64,000 nucleotides of DNA from Sphingomonadaceae bacterium (GCA_947477745.1 CANJUF010000006.1:29424-93423); one strand, 5' to 3'. Positions 1 to 10,515 are shown, numbered from the stretch's first letter. Notes: generated by a model from the sequence alone, not told the origin. Made by a program: numbers and translations.

Positions 1-130
1 TCGCACCCTACCCACGCGAACTGGTGCGAGGAATCTGAATAAACATCAGCCATTGCCGCTCTCGCAGCATAAATTCTCATCGCAAGGTCATTTGCGACTG
101 GCGGGTAATTGGATTCAATTGCACGTTCCA

Positions 131-745
131 TCACCCCGCCGCCTTTCTCAGCGCCACCCGGATCAGGTCGGCCTCGCCCGCATCCTCGCCAAGCTCGGCT
201 TGCGCGTGGGCGACGGCGCTTGCCGCTACCGCAGGCTTGAAGCCGAGGTTCTGCAGGGCCGAGACAGCGTCGGCGCTGGCCGATCCGGCCTGCGAGATAC
301 CCGGCGCGCCGCCTACAAAGGTAGCGCCCGGGCCGCCCGGCATCGCGCCGGCCTTGTCCTTGAGTTCGTTGACGATCCGTCCCGCCAGCTTCGGCCCCAC
401 GCCTTGCGCGCGGGCAACCGTAGCCGCATCGCCGCGCGCGCAGGCGTCGCGCAGATCGCTCACAGTCAGCGCAGAAAGCACCGCCAGCGCCATCTTGCTG
501 CCCACGCCCTGCACCCCCGTCAGCAAGCGAAACCACTCGCGCTCAGCGGCATCGGCAAAGCCCAGCAGCCGCATGTCGTTTTCGGAAACCTGCAGGTCGG
601 TGTGGACCGTGACCGCGTCGCCGCGCGTACCAAGCGCCGAAAGCGTCCGCGCCGAACAGTGCACCAGATAGCCCACGCCCGCCACGTCGATAACCGCCCA
701 ATCGGGGCCGAAATCGTCGAGCGTGCCGGTCAGCTTTGCGATCAT
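131..745 (-). CDS. ruvA: Holliday junction branch migration protein RuvA
   Basis: MIAKLTG...VIDVAGVGYLVHCS, HhH motifs GVQGVGSKMA and GVGPKLA, C-terminal AVSALQNLGF. Start re-set to ATG 745. Confidence 0.97.
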   Translation of the reverse strand: MIAKLTGTLDDFGPDWAVIDVAGVGYLVHCSARTLSALGTRGDAVTVHTDLQVSENDMRLLGFADAAEREWFRLLTGVQGVGSKMALAVLSALTVSDLRDACARGDAATVARAQGVGPKLAGRIVNELKDKAGAMPGGPGATFVGGAPGISQAGSASADAVSALQNLGFKPAVAASAVAHAQAELGEDAGEADLIRVALRKAAG

Positions 746-754
746 GGTTTGTTC
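740..754 (-). promoter_or_regulatory. Possible LexA (SOS) box overlapping the ruvA start
   Basis: Minus strand GAAC-AAACCAT-GATC, one mismatch from the alphaproteobacterial GAAC-N7-GAAC box. ruvA is a typical SOS gene. Confidence 0.35.
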
Positions 755-831
755 TATGACAGGCTTGAATCGGGCGTGCAATGGCCCCACCTCGGATGCA
801 CACACCTCGGCATTATAGTGGGAACATTCCG

Positions 832-1095
832 ATGGCAGGCGGCTGGACCCGCGACGGCGCGGTGCAGGATCAGATCGACGATACGGTGCGCGATGCCGTG
901 AACGGTGCGCGCGCGCGGATGCCGGCGGGCGAGAGCCTAGAGCACTGCGAGGAGTGCGGAGAGCCGATCCCCGAGCGCCGCCGCGTCGCCCTGCCCGGGG
1001 TGCGGACCTGCGTCGCATGCCAGTCGGAACGCGACAAGAGCGTGCGCCACAGCATGATCAACCGGCGCGGCAGCAAGGACAGCCAGCTACGCTGA
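832..1095 (+). CDS. DksA/TraR family C4 zinc-finger protein (YbiI-like), 87 aa
   Basis: [52 protein letters not shown]. Confidence 0.92.
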   Translation: MAGGWTRDGAVQDQIDDTVRDAVNGARARMPAGESLEHCEECGEPIPERRRVALPGVRTCVACQSERDKSVRHSMINRRGSKDSQLR

Positions 1096-1563
1096 ACCGC
1101 GCACCATGCCGGCGTGGCACACCGCCACAGCCAGTGCGTCCGCAGCGTCAGCGCCCGCCAGCTTCACGCCGGGCAGCAGCACGCGCAGCATCGCCTGGAC
1201 TTGCGCTTTCTCGGCCCCGCCGGTGCCGACAATCGCCTTCTTGACGAGCCGCGTAGCATATTCGCTCACCGGCATTCCAGCGCGCGCCAAGGCAAGCAGG
1301 CACACGCCGCGTGCCTGCCCGAGCTTGAGCGTCGATTGCGCATTGGTGTTGACGAACACTTCTTCCACCGCCCCCGCATCGGGCCGGTGCGCGAGGATCA
1401 CGTCGGTGAGTTCGCGGTCCAGCGTCACCAGCCGCTCGGCCAGCGGGGCCTTGGGATCGGTCGAGACTTGCCCGTTGGCAATGTGCGAAAGCCGGTTGCC
1501 CGATTTCGCGATCACCCCCCAGCCGGTCGTGCCCAGGCCCGGATCGAGGCCGATGATGATCAT
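1087..1563 (-). CDS. ruvC: Crossover junction endodeoxyribonuclease RuvC
   Basis: [36 protein letters not shown]. Confidence 0.97.
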   Translation of the reverse strand: MIIIGLDPGLGTTGWGVIAKSGNRLSHIANGQVSTDPKAPLAERLVTLDRELTDVILAHRPDAGAVEEVFVNTNAQSTLKLGQARGVCLLALARAGMPVSEYATRLVKKAIVGTGGAEKAQVQAMLRVLLPGVKLAGADAADALAVAVCHAGMVRGSA

Positions 1564-1564
1564 G

Positions 1565-1915
1565 CTATATCGGAATGCCGAGGCGCGGGCCGAAATGCGC
1601 CATCAGCAGGTAAAGCCCGACGGTCAGCGCGCAGCCTGCGGGCAGCGCCAGCCAGAACGACCAGCCGCTGCGCAGCATCGCCGGGATAGCCAGGAACATT
1701 GGCAGCGAGGGCAGCACGTACCAGAAGGTTGCCTCGGCATGGCGCGCCATGTTCTCCGCCTCGGGCCGCGCGTGCCACAGCAGGATCATGCCCAGCACCG
1801 AGACCAGCGGCAGCGAGGCGACCAGCGCGCCAACGGTCGGCAGCCGCTTGCCGATCTCGGCGATAGCGACGATCAGGGCGCCCGACAGCAGCGCCTTGGC
1901 GACCAAAGCTAGCAT
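1565..1915 (-). CDS. DUF3147 family membrane protein
   Basis: [18 protein letters not shown]...[19 protein letters not shown]...[12 protein letters not shown]. Start ATG 1915. Confidence 0.8.
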   Translation of the reverse strand: MLALVAKALLSGALIVAIAEIGKRLPTVGALVASLPLVSVLGMILLWHARPEAENMARHAEATFWYVLPSLPMFLAIPAMLRSGWSFWLALPAGCALTVGLYLLMAHFGPRLGIPI

Positions 1916-1916
1916 G

Positions 1917-2477
1917 TCAGAACCAGCCATCGAAAGCGCCACCCCTGGTCTCGATAAGACCGGGACGCAGCACCTCGGGCACCATGGCGGCCACGGTATC
2001 CTCGAACCCGGGATCGATCTGCGCGCCGCGTTTGCAGTTCCACGAATTGCCTTCCCATTCGCCATTGGGACCAAGCACCTGCGTCACGCCCGAATAGGTT
2101 CGGCCCGGCCGGTCGGCCAGTTGCCCATCTACGCCGTGGTAGACGATGTAGTGGCTGTCGCCCTGCGTGAAGCGGATGTGATGCTGACTGCCGCCCTGCT
2201 GCCCGGTCACCATGCCGATCCGGACATTGGACCAGTCAGCCGCGCTGGCGATGTCGATTTCGGCGCGGCCGGGCTTGCCGAACCGGTAATGCGCCCCGCC
2301 GCCCCCGGCGCAGACGCTGCCGATGCGCGACCCGAAGCGGCACGAATAGACGACGCTCTCCCCGGCCAGGCACTGGCTGGCGGACTGTGTGCGGGAAGAC
2401 GCGATAGCGCCCGGCTGGACTGACACCGTAGCGGCCAGCAAGGCGAACAGGCCGGCCGCGACGTGCCAGCGTCTCAC
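1917..2477 (-). CDS. Secreted hypothetical protein with Cys motif
   Basis: Signal-peptide-like N-terminus, [21 protein letters not shown]. Overlaps the yebC stop (GTGA) in operon fashion. Confidence 0.75.
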   Translation of the reverse strand: MRRWHVAAGLFALLAATVSVQPGAIASSRTQSASQCLAGESVVYSCRFGSRIGSVCAGGGGAHYRFGKPGRAEIDIASAADWSNVRIGMVTGQQGGSQHHIRFTQGDSHYIVYHGVDGQLADRPGRTYSGVTQVLGPNGEWEGNSWNCKRGAQIDPGFEDTVAAMVPEVLRPGLIETRGGAFDGWF

Positions 2478-3217
2478 CCCAGCTTCTCCATGATCTCGTC
2501 GGAGACTTCGTAATTGCCCCAGACGGTCTGGACGTCGTCGTCATCCTCGAGCGCGTCGACCAGCTTGAGCAGGGTCGAGGCATCGCCCTCGCCGAGATCG
2601 ACGGTCAGGTTGGGCTTCCAGGCAAGCTTGACGCTTTCCGCCTCGCCCAGCGCTGCTTCGAGCGCGCCGGCTACTTCGTGCAGCGCTTCCATCTGAGTCC
2701 AGATCGAATGCCCCTCCTCGCCGCTTTCGACGTCGTCCGCGCCTGCCTCGATCGCGGCTTCGAGCACCTTGTCCTCGTCGCCCGCCGAGGCCGGATATTC
2801 GATCAGGCCGAGCCGCTCGAACCCGTGGCTCACCGCGCCCGATGCGCCGAGGTTGCCGCCGTTCTTGGAGAACGCAGTGCGCACATTGGTGGCGGTGCGG
2901 TTGCGGTTGTCGGTCAGCGCCTCGACGATGAGAGCGACGCCGCCCGGGCCATAACCCTCGTAGCGCACTTCTTCATAGTCTTCGCCGCCTGCCGCGGCGG
3001 CCTTGTCGATCGCGCGCTGGATATTGTCCTTGGGCATCGACAGCGCCTTGGCGTTGTTGACCGCAAGGCGCAGGCGCGGGTTCATGTCCGGATCGGGCGT
3101 TCCCATCTTGGCCGCGACGGTGATCTCGCGCGAAAGCTTGGAAAACTGCGCCGAACGCTTTTTGTCCTGCGCACCCTTGCGGTGCATGATGTTCTTGAAC
3201 TTGGAATGACCTGCCAT
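2474..3217 (-). CDS. yebC: YebC/PmpR family regulator
   Basis: [47 protein letters not shown]. Confidence 0.97.
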   Translation of the reverse strand: MAGHSKFKNIMHRKGAQDKKRSAQFSKLSREITVAAKMGTPDPDMNPRLRLAVNNAKALSMPKDNIQRAIDKAAAAGGEDYEEVRYEGYGPGGVALIVEALTDNRNRTATNVRTAFSKNGGNLGASGAVSHGFERLGLIEYPASAGDEDKVLEAAIEAGADDVESGEEGHSIWTQMEALHEVAGALEAALGEAESVKLAWKPNLTVDLGEGDASTLLKLVDALEDDDDVQTVWGNYEVSDEIMEKLG

Positions 3218-3332
3218 CGGATCCCCGGAACTTGACGTGAGCGACGCACCGGCAGTGCCGGTACGTTCAAGCCAAGGCCCCTAGACAATTTGTGCCCGGC
3301 CCGCAATCGGCGCGCCGGAAGCCCGCGCGCTG

Positions 3333-3515
3333 CTATTTTGCGTAGAGCTTGACCAGCGACACCTCCGGCGCTGTTTGCGAAGCGTCGTCGCCCGGCTTTC
3401 CGCACGGTTTTACGCCGCGAGGGGACTTGGGCTGCCGGCCCTTGTGCTGCTGGCTGGGCAAATGCCAGCGCTGCAGATCCTGCGTATGGTCGACCAGTTC
3501 GAGCGACGAGGCCAT
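3333..3515 (-). CDS. Small hypothetical protein (60 aa)
   Basis: ATG preceded by GGAGAGAAGAA. Fills an otherwise empty intergenic gap; no family recognised. Confidence 0.3.
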   Translation of the reverse strand: MASSLELVDHTQDLQRWHLPSQQHKGRQPKSPRGVKPCGKPGDDASQTAPEVSLVKLYAK

Positions 3516-3684
3516 TTCTTCTCTCCGGGAATGCAATTAGATCAATCCAACGCGGCACCCGGCACGCGGTTGCACGGTTCATCGCAAGCGTTCGGATTGT
3601 CCTCCAGCCTTGGGCCAAAAGCCGCTTGCGAAACGGGCCGCAATTCATTAAGGCAATCGTATTAAATAAAAGGAGAGAGAGGCC

Positions 3685-4548
3685 ATGGCAACGCTTGCGA
3701 TCACCCGCCCGATGCTTTCACCGGTCACCGGCACCCTCGGTGCCGAAGTGGAAGGCGTCTCGCTTTCAGGCGATCTGCCTCAGGAGACGATTGACTGGAT
3801 CAGCGCGGCGCTGGTCGAGCACAAGGTTCTGTTCTTCCGCGACCAGACCTTCAGTCGCGACGAACATGTCGCTTTCGGCAAGCGCTTCGGCGCGCTCGAG
3901 GTCCATCCCTTCGCCAAGCATCTCGGCCCGTTCAACACCACCGACGACGATCCCGAAATCATCGTCATCAAGAGCGAGCCGGGCAACCGCAACCGCGGAA
4001 CCGACGTGTGGCACAGCGATGTGACCTGGCGCAACGAACCCTCGCTCGGCTCGATCCTGCGTTGCATCAAGGCCCCCGAAACCGGCGGCGATACAATGTG
4101 GGCCGACATGGAAAAGGCGTACGAGCTGCTTGACGAGGACACCAAGGCGCAGATCGAAGGTCTCGAGGCCACGCACGACTGGGACAATTTCCGCCGCGGC
4201 CTGATCAACAACGGCGTACCCGCCGCGATCATCGAGACGCTCAACGCGGAGTTTCCGCTCGCCGTCCACCCGGTGGTGCGCACCCATCCGGTTAGCGGGC
4301 GCAAGTGTCTTTACGTCAATGCGATCTTCACCACCGGCATTGTCGGAATGGACAAGCAGGAAAGCGACGAACTGCTGGCGAAACTCAACCGCCAGACCGC
4401 GATCCCCGAAGTGCAGGTGCGGCTGCGCTGGAAGCCGGGAACCGTGGCGTTCTGGGACAACCGCAGCACCCAGCACTATGCGCTTGCCGACTATGACGAG
4501 CACCGGCTGATGGAGCGCGTGACGGTCGCGGGCGACCGGCCGTTCTGA
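3685..4548 (+). CDS. TauD/TfdA family 2-oxoglutarate-dependent dioxygenase
   Basis: WHSDVTW (HxD), GGDTMWA, HPVVRTHP, WDNRSTQHYA; strong AGGAGAG RBS. Confidence 0.93.
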   Translation: MATLAITRPMLSPVTGTLGAEVEGVSLSGDLPQETIDWISAALVEHKVLFFRDQTFSRDEHVAFGKRFGALEVHPFAKHLGPFNTTDDDPEIIVIKSEPGNRNRGTDVWHSDVTWRNEPSLGSILRCIKAPETGGDTMWADMEKAYELLDEDTKAQIEGLEATHDWDNFRRGLINNGVPAAIIETLNAEFPLAVHPVVRTHPVSGRKCLYVNAIFTTGIVGMDKQESDELLAKLNRQTAIPEVQVRLRWKPGTVAFWDNRSTQHYALADYDEHRLMERVTVAGDRPF

Positions 4549-4565
4549 TCCTGCCGCCCTGCCGG

Positions 4566-4883
4566 TCAGATCGTAACGGCGGTACCGGTACAGCTCACCA
4601 TCAGCATGGATCCGTTCGAGCCGAGCACCTCGTAATCGAGATCGACCCCGATCACGGCATTGCCGCCCAGCTTCGCAGCTTCGGCTTCCATTTCGGAGAG
4701 CGCCTGCTTGCGGGCGCGGGCCAAAACGTCCTCATAGGCACCCGAGCGGCCGCCGACGATATCGCGGATCGATGCAAACAGGTCGCGGAACATGTTGGCC
4801 CCGACGATCACTTCGCCGGTGACGATGCCGTGATAGTTCTGGACCGGGCGTCCTTCGATCATTGCCGTGGTAGTGACGATCAT
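4566..4883 (-). CDS. YbjQ/UPF0145 heavy-metal-binding-domain protein
   Basis: [45 protein letters not shown]. Confidence 0.92.
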   Translation of the reverse strand: MIVTTTAMIEGRPVQNYHGIVTGEVIVGANMFRDLFASIRDIVGGRSGAYEDVLARARKQALSEMEAEAAKLGGNAVIGVDLDYEVLGSNGSMLMVSCTGTAVTI

Positions 4884-4963
4884 CTGCTGCGCTCCTTGGC
4901 TGCCGGACGGTTGCGGCATTTCCAGATTGGGCAGCGCGGCACGCGAGTCAAGAAGCCCGCAGA

Positions 4964-5206
4964 TCAGCCGAGGCCGAGCGCCGCCTTGTAGAGATCGAGC
5001 ACGGTTTCCATCTCGCGCCGGTCGTCGGGCGGCATTTTCCGCAGCCGCACGACCTGGCGCATGATCTTGGCGTCGTAGCCCACCGCCTTGGCCTCGGAAT
5101 AGACGTCGCGGATATCGTCGGCGATGCCCTTCTTCTCTTCCTCAAGGCGTTCGACCCGCTCGATCAGGAGGCGCAGGCGATCGTCGGTGGGTTCGGCATC
5201 GGACAT
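4964..5206 (-). CDS. gapR: DUF2312/UPF0335 nucleoid-associated protein GapR
   Basis: [47 protein letters not shown]. Confidence 0.9.
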   Translation of the reverse strand: MSDAEPTDDRLRLLIERVERLEEEKKGIADDIRDVYSEAKAVGYDAKIMRQVVRLRKMPPDDRREMETVLDLYKAALGLG

Positions 5207-5322
5207 GTTGAGGCTTGGCTCCGGCAAATGGTGATGGGCTCGGCGGGCTGTTAGACGCGCGTTCCGATTCGGACCAAGCGCGGTCTAGGCGGGACTTGTG
5301 GATAGCGGGGATAGCCGCAGGC

Positions 5323-5787
5323 CTAGCGTGGATTCTCGCGGAATTGCTTCAATGCTGGCGGGCGGTGAAGACACTCGGAGAACCGGAACGGTCGAACTAC
5401 CAGCGGCGATACGGCGACCGCGTCGCGGTGCAGCGGATTGAGGAAAATCACGTCGGCCTCGGGAAGGACGGCTGACTGGATCGCGGCAAGCAATGATCGG
5501 CCGCTATCCAGCCAGTCATCCACCCAGCGCGTAGTATCCTCGCGCGACATGCCCGGCGCGATCCGCTCGGGCACGGCATCGGCTTCGGTCCAGCCGAGAA
5601 AATACCCGGCATCCATCCCTCCAGCCTCGGCCATCGCGTAGCGCAGTGTGACGAGAACCGCGAGCCCGGCCTCGCTCGCGAGACTTACGACAGGCCGTCC
5701 CGACGAACTGTAGCGGCCGCCGTGCAGCCGGGCACCCTCGCCGTCGAGCGTCAGTTGCCCGGCCCGCGCAAGACGCCAGAGGCGCAC
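5323..5787 (-). CDS. RES-domain protein (orphan, divergent)
   Basis: LWRL...DGEGARLHGGRY, SAVLPE...LNPLH are RES hallmarks. GTG start. Confidence 0.8.
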   Translation of the reverse strand: MRLWRLARAGQLTLDGEGARLHGGRYSSSGRPVVSLASEAGLAVLVTLRYAMAEAGGMDAGYFLGWTEADAVPERIAPGMSREDTTRWVDDWLDSGRSLLAAIQSAVLPEADVIFLNPLHRDAVAVSPLVVRPFRFSECLHRPPALKQFRENPR

Positions 5788-5803
5788 CGTCAGAGATTTC
5801 CCC

Positions 5804-6115
5804 TCAATGCGTCCCGCCGTTTTTCTTCAGGCTTTCTTCCATTCGCGCAAGTTGCTGGGGCGTGGTCTCCGACTGATAGTTTGCCTTCCACTCATCCGCT
5901 GGCATGCCGTGGATCAGTTCGCGCGCGGCGGCCTTGTCGCCCTCGTATCCGGCGTCGCGGATCCAGTCGGCAAGGCAGTTGCGGCAAAAACCGGCGAGCC
6001 CCATCAGGTCGATATTCTGCGCATCGTGGCGGTGGCGCAAATGGCGCACCAGCCTCCGGAAAGCGGCGGCGGCCTGGCCATCGTCGAGTGTGTCGAGCGG
6101 ATCGGTTCCGGTCAT
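5804..6115 (-). CDS. DUF1244 domain protein
   Basis: AFRRLVRHLRHRHDAQNIDLMGLAGFCRNCL..W, GMPADEWKA.YQ. Confidence 0.9.
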   Translation of the reverse strand: MTGTDPLDTLDDGQAAAAFRRLVRHLRHRHDAQNIDLMGLAGFCRNCLADWIRDAGYEGDKAAARELIHGMPADEWKANYQSETTPQQLARMEESLKKNGGTH

Positions 6116-6205
6116 GTTCAGACATTCCCTGCTTGGTGTTGAGCCTTGGCTTTGCCATAGGACGGCGCGATCCGCAAAATCGAGGGCAAAAGGGGTAAGC
6201 ACGGG

Positions 6206-7675
6206 GTGGCGAGCAATAACACGCAAGGCCGCATCAAGCGCACGCGCAAGGTGAAGATCCTGGCGACGCTCGGCCCTGCCAGCAATTCCCCCGAGATGAT
6301 CGAGAAGCTGCTGCGCGCGGGCGCAGACGCTTTCCGCCTCAACATGAGCCACGGCGATCACGCTGCCCATGCCGCCGCCTTCGCCTCGATCCGCAAGATC
6401 GAGGAAAAGCATGACCGCGCCATCGCGGTGCTGTGCGACCTGCAGGGCCCCAAGCTGCGCGTCGGCACCTTTGCCGACGGCGAGGTGACGATCCGCCACG
6501 GCTCGCACTTTACGCTCGACCGCAATCCGACGCCGGGCGACGCGGCGCGCGTGTACCTGCCGCATCCCGAACTGTTCCGCATCCTCGAGAAGGGCCAGCG
6601 GCTGCTGGTCGACGACGGGCGCATCCGCCTACGCGTGCTGCGCGCCAGCGACGACGAAATCCTGTGCAGCGCCGAGGTCGGCGGGGTCATTTCCGACCGC
6701 AAGGGCGTCAACGTCCCCGATACGATCGTGCCCGTCCCCGCGATGACCGCCAAGGACCGGCGCGACCTCGCCTTCGCGATCGAGCACGGCGCGGACTGGA
6801 TCGGCCTGTCGTTCGTGCAGCGGCCTGAGGACGTCGCCGAGGCGCGCCGCCTGATGGGCGGCTACGGCGCGCTGATGGCCAAGATCGAGAAGCCCAGCGC
6901 GGTGCGCCACATCGACGAGATCATCGAGCTGTCCGACGGCATCATGGTCGCGCGCGGCGATCTCGGCGTCGAGCTCGATCCCGAGCAGGTACCGCCCTTG
7001 CAGAAGCGTCTGGTCGAGGCCGCGCGCAAAACCGGCAAGCCAGTGGTGGTGGCGACCCAGATGCTCGAATCGATGATCGAGCGGCCAACCCCGACCCGCG
7101 CCGAAGTCTCCGATGTCGCCAACGCAGTCTATGACGGGGCCGACGCGGTGATGCTGTCTGCCGAGACCGCCGCGGGCGACTGGCCCGAGGAAGCCGTCAC
7201 CATCATGGACCGCATCGCCAGCGAAGTCGAAAGCGACGAGACCTACTTCAAGCGCATCCACATCGCCGAGACCCCGCCCGACGCGACCATGGCCGATGCG
7301 CTGGCGCTGTCGTGCGCGCGCATTGCCGATACCCTGCCGATCGATGGCATCATCGTCTTCACCGGTTCGGGATCGACCGCGCGGCGCGTCGCGCGCGAGC
7401 GGCCCAAGGCGCCGATGCTGGTGCTCACCCCCAGCACCCAGACAGCAAGGCGGCTCGCGCTGTTGTGGGGCGCGCATGCGGTGCAGACCAAAGACATCGG
7501 CAGTTTCGACGGCATGATTGCCAAGGGCAAGCGCATGGCGCTGCGCCACGGTTTCGGCGGCGCCGGTTCACGCCTGATCACGCTCGCCGGAGTGCCCTTC
7601 GGCACGCCGGGATCGACCAACCTGATCCACGTCGTCACCCTTTCGGGCACCGAGCTCAAGGCCGCGGCCAAATGA
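6206..7675 (+). CDS. pyk: Pyruvate kinase
   Basis: KILATLGPAS, RLNMSHG, DLQGPKLR, KIEKP, MVARGDLGVE, ATQMLESM. Confidence 0.97.
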   Translation: MASNNTQGRIKRTRKVKILATLGPASNSPEMIEKLLRAGADAFRLNMSHGDHAAHAAAFASIRKIEEKHDRAIAVLCDLQGPKLRVGTFADGEVTIRHGSHFTLDRNPTPGDAARVYLPHPELFRILEKGQRLLVDDGRIRLRVLRASDDEILCSAEVGGVISDRKGVNVPDTIVPVPAMTAKDRRDLAFAIEHGADWIGLSFVQRPEDVAEARRLMGGYGALMAKIEKPSAVRHIDEIIELSDGIMVARGDLGVELDPEQVPPLQKRLVEAARKTGKPVVVATQMLESMIERPTPTRAEVSDVANAVYDGADAVMLSAETAAGDWPEEAVTIMDRIASEVESDETYFKRIHIAETPPDATMADALALSCARIADTLPIDGIIVFTGSGSTARRVARERPKAPMLVLTPSTQTARRLALLWGAHAVQTKDIGSFDGMIAKGKRMALRHGFGGAGSRLITLAGVPFGTPGSTNLIHVVTLSGTELKAAAK

Positions 7676-7773
7676 ACCCCCGCGCGGCGGCAGGCTTGCA
7701 ATCGCGGGTTTCCGTCAGTAAGCGCGCCCGAATTAATCGCGCGATTAAAACCAGCGCGCCGCATGACAGGGAC

Positions 7774-10071
7774 ATGATGACCTCTCGCTCCGCGCCCGGC
7801 CTGCCGCTTGCCGGCATGTTCATCCTAGCCGCGCTCGGCGCGCCGGCTGCCCATGCACAGGACCAGGCCGTCCCCGAGCTGAAAGAACCAGACGAGCGCA
7901 CCATCGTCGTCTCGATCAAGAACCCTTCGGCCGATCTCGATTCCTATTCGGGCAGCGCAACCGACATCGACGTCGACGATCTGCAGGCGCGCAACGTCAC
8001 CGACCTTTCATCGTTGAGCTATGTCGCGCCAAACGTCTCGCTCGATCCTATCGGCACCTTCAAGGGCGTCGCCAATTTCTCGATCCGGGGGCTTGGCATC
8101 AACAGCTCGATACCCTCGATCGAACCGGCAGTCGGGCTGTTCGTCGACGGCGTCTACATGGGCGTCAATGCCGGCACCGTGTTCGATCTGGTCGACGTGC
8201 GCAGCGTCGAACTGCTGCGCGGACCGCAAGGCGTCGCCTTCGGTCACAACACCACCGGCGGCGCGGTACTGATCAGCACCGCCGATCCCTCGCGCGAATG
8301 GCTGGGCCACGCCTCGCTGGCATACGAAGGCCCGGTTGGCGGCGGGCGCGGCGGGCCGATGGCGACCGGGCGCGCGGTGCTATCGGGGCCGCTCAGCGAC
8401 ACGCTGGCGGTGCGGCTTGCGGTGCTTCACTCGACCGACGCGGGCTATTTCCGCAACCAGCTTACCGGCGCAGATTTCGGCAAGAGCGAGACGACCGTGC
8501 TGCGCGGCGGCCTTACCTTCGACGCGAGCAGCCGGCTCACGCTCACTGCCAAGGCGGAACTTATCGACAGCCACGGCGACGGCGCGGCGACGCATAACAA
8601 CGGCCAGTTCCCGCGCGACGAGTTTGACTTGTCGATCAACCAGCCCGGCTTTTACGACAGCAAGAACCGCTTTGCCGTGCTGCGCGCCGAATACGAACTC
8701 GACACTGGGGTCATCACCAATATCGCCGGCTGGCGAAAATATGACCAGCGCACCCGCAACGACATCGATTCCTCGCCGGTCAAGATCTTCGAATCGGACA
8801 CGCGCACCCGCCAGGAGCAATGGTCGAACGAGCTTTACTATGCTGCCGACCTCGGCCGGGCGAGCTTCACCCTGGGAGCCTACCTGTTTCACCAGGACCT
8901 CGGCTATGATGAGGCGCGCGATCTCACCGGCGTCGGCGGCACGCTGCAATACGGCGGCGGCACGCAGGACCATGACGTCTACGGGCTTTACGGCCAGCTC
9001 GACTACGACGTGACCTCCGCGCTGGCGCTCAGCGTTGGCGCGCGCTGGTCGCGCGAGAAGAAGTCGGCGATTGTGACTTATGTCCGACCACGCGCCGCCT
9101 GTTCTGCGATCGCGGGCACCTGCCCGGTGAGCGGCACCAATCCCAGCGTCGCGGCCAAGGAAAATAACGGCTTTACCGACAATCGCGCCTGGACCAATCT
9201 CGCCCCGCGCGTGGCGCTGACTTACACCGCCACGCCGACGACCCGGATCTATGCCAGCGCAACGCGCGGCTTCCGCTCGGGCGGCTACAACCTGCGCATC
9301 ACCCAGTCCAGCGCCTTCGAGGCCGTCAGCACGATGATGGGTTCGCTGTCTTTCGACGCCGAGCGCATCGACAGCTTCGAGGCAGGCGTCAAATGGCGCT
9401 CGCAGGATCAGAGCGCGCGGCTCGAGGCGGCGGTGTTCTGGATGGACGTCAACAGCCTGCAGCGCGAGATCAATGTGCCCAGCGCGACATCGGGCCTCGC
9501 GCAGTCTATCTACAATACCGCCGATGCCCGCATCCGGGGCGGCGAGATCGAGGCCGAATACGCCGTTACCGCGAACCTGCGCATTTCGGCCAACCTCGGC
9601 TATGTCGACGCCCGCTATACCGAGGCATTCTACGACATCAATTCGGACGGGGTGATCGACGAGGAAGACCTCGCGCTCGCACTGCCGCGTGCGCCGGAAT
9701 GGACCTATGGCGGATCGATCGAATGGTCGGCGCCGATCGGCAAAAGCGAGGCGAGCCTGTTCGCTAACGCCTTCTACCAGCACCGCGCCAAATACGCCTA
9801 CACCGACAACAACTGGGGCTACAATTCGCCTTCCAACCGGCTCGACGCCGGGCTGGGGGTGAACCTCGGCAATCCGGCGATCCGCTTTACGCTGTTTGGG
9901 CGCAACCTCCTCGACGAGCTGCAATTCGGCGGCGACACGCAGCTGCCGTTCGCAGGCGGCGGACAGTCCGACGGGGACAACGAGCCATTCGACCCCAACC
10001 CGGCGGCGGGCACCTTCTCGCCTGCGTTCAAGGGCCGGACGATCGGGCTCGAAGTGTCGATGGATTTCTGA
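7774..10071 (+). CDS. TonB-dependent receptor
   Basis: Signal peptide, plug (IRGLG...EPAVGLFVDGVY), VELLRGPQG, C-terminal F. Start set at ATG 7774. Confidence 0.93.
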   Translation: MMTSRSAPGLPLAGMFILAALGAPAAHAQDQAVPELKEPDERTIVVSIKNPSADLDSYSGSATDIDVDDLQARNVTDLSSLSYVAPNVSLDPIGTFKGVANFSIRGLGINSSIPSIEPAVGLFVDGVYMGVNAGTVFDLVDVRSVELLRGPQGVAFGHNTTGGAVLISTADPSREWLGHASLAYEGPVGGGRGGPMATGRAVLSGPLSDTLAVRLAVLHSTDAGYFRNQLTGADFGKSETTVLRGGLTFDASSRLTLTAKAELIDSHGDGAATHNNGQFPRDEFDLSINQPGFYDSKNRFAVLRAEYELDTGVITNIAGWRKYDQRTRNDIDSSPVKIFESDTRTRQEQWSNELYYAADLGRASFTLGAYLFHQDLGYDEARDLTGVGGTLQYGGGTQDHDVYGLYGQLDYDVTSALALSVGARWSREKKSAIVTYVRPRAACSAIAGTCPVSGTNPSVAAKENNGFTDNRAWTNLAPRVALTYTATPTTRIYASATRGFRSGGYNLRITQSSAFEAVSTMMGSLSFDAERIDSFEAGVKWRSQDQSARLEAAVFWMDVNSLQREINVPSATSGLAQSIYNTADARIRGGEIEAEYAVTANLRISANLGYVDARYTEAFYDINSDGVIDEEDLALALPRAPEWTYGGSIEWSAPIGKSEASLFANAFYQHRAKYAYTDNNWGYNSPSNRLDAGLGVNLGNPAIRFTLFGRNLLDELQFGGDTQLPFAGGGQSDGDNEPFDPNPAAGTFSPAFKGRTIGLEVSMDF

Positions 10072-10085
10072 AAGGGCCGAGCGCG

Positions 10086-10490
10086 ATGGTCGCAATTACC
10101 GTTAGATACCAGGGCGAGCTTCACTGCGAGGCCGTCCACGGCCCGTCCAGCACGACCCTGACAACCGATGCGCCGCTCGACAATGGCGGCAAGGCGGAAA
10201 GCTTCTCGCCGACCGACCTGGTTGCGACGGCGCTAGGCACCTGCATGCTCACGGTAATGGGCCTGAAGGCGCGTGCACTGAATGTCGACATCGATGGAGC
10301 AACCGCCACGGTCGAAAAGGAAATGGCCAGCGCGCCGCGCATGATCGGCAGGCTCACCGCAAAAGTGCAGATGCCGGGCGGCGTGCCAGCCGAATTGCGC
10401 GATCAGCTTGAGCAGGCCGCCGTGACCTGCCCGGTCTATCAAAGCCTGTCCGAAAAGATCGACAAGCAGGTCGAATTTGCCTGGGGTTGA
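10086..10490 (+). CDS. OsmC family protein
   Basis: TDAPLDNGGKAESFSPTDLVATALGTC...CPV. Confidence 0.9.
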   Translation: MVAITVRYQGELHCEAVHGPSSTTLTTDAPLDNGGKAESFSPTDLVATALGTCMLTVMGLKARALNVDIDGATATVEKEMASAPRMIGRLTAKVQMPGGVPAELRDQLEQAAVTCPVYQSLSEKIDKQVEFAWG

Positions 10491-10515
10491 CCCCGCGCCG
10501 CCAACGGCGCGCTGA

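Noticed and set aside
1-80. Partial minus-strand ORF (MRIYAARAAMADVYS...) at the window edge
   Set aside because: Too short to identify and truncated by the window
3228-3242. GAAC-N7-GAGC upstream of yebC as a LexA box
   Set aside because: A one-mismatch 8-bp match is plausible by chance and has no further support
7312-7773. 919-aa ORF extension upstream of the TonB receptor
   Set aside because: Overlaps pyk in another frame; the signal peptide starts at 7774
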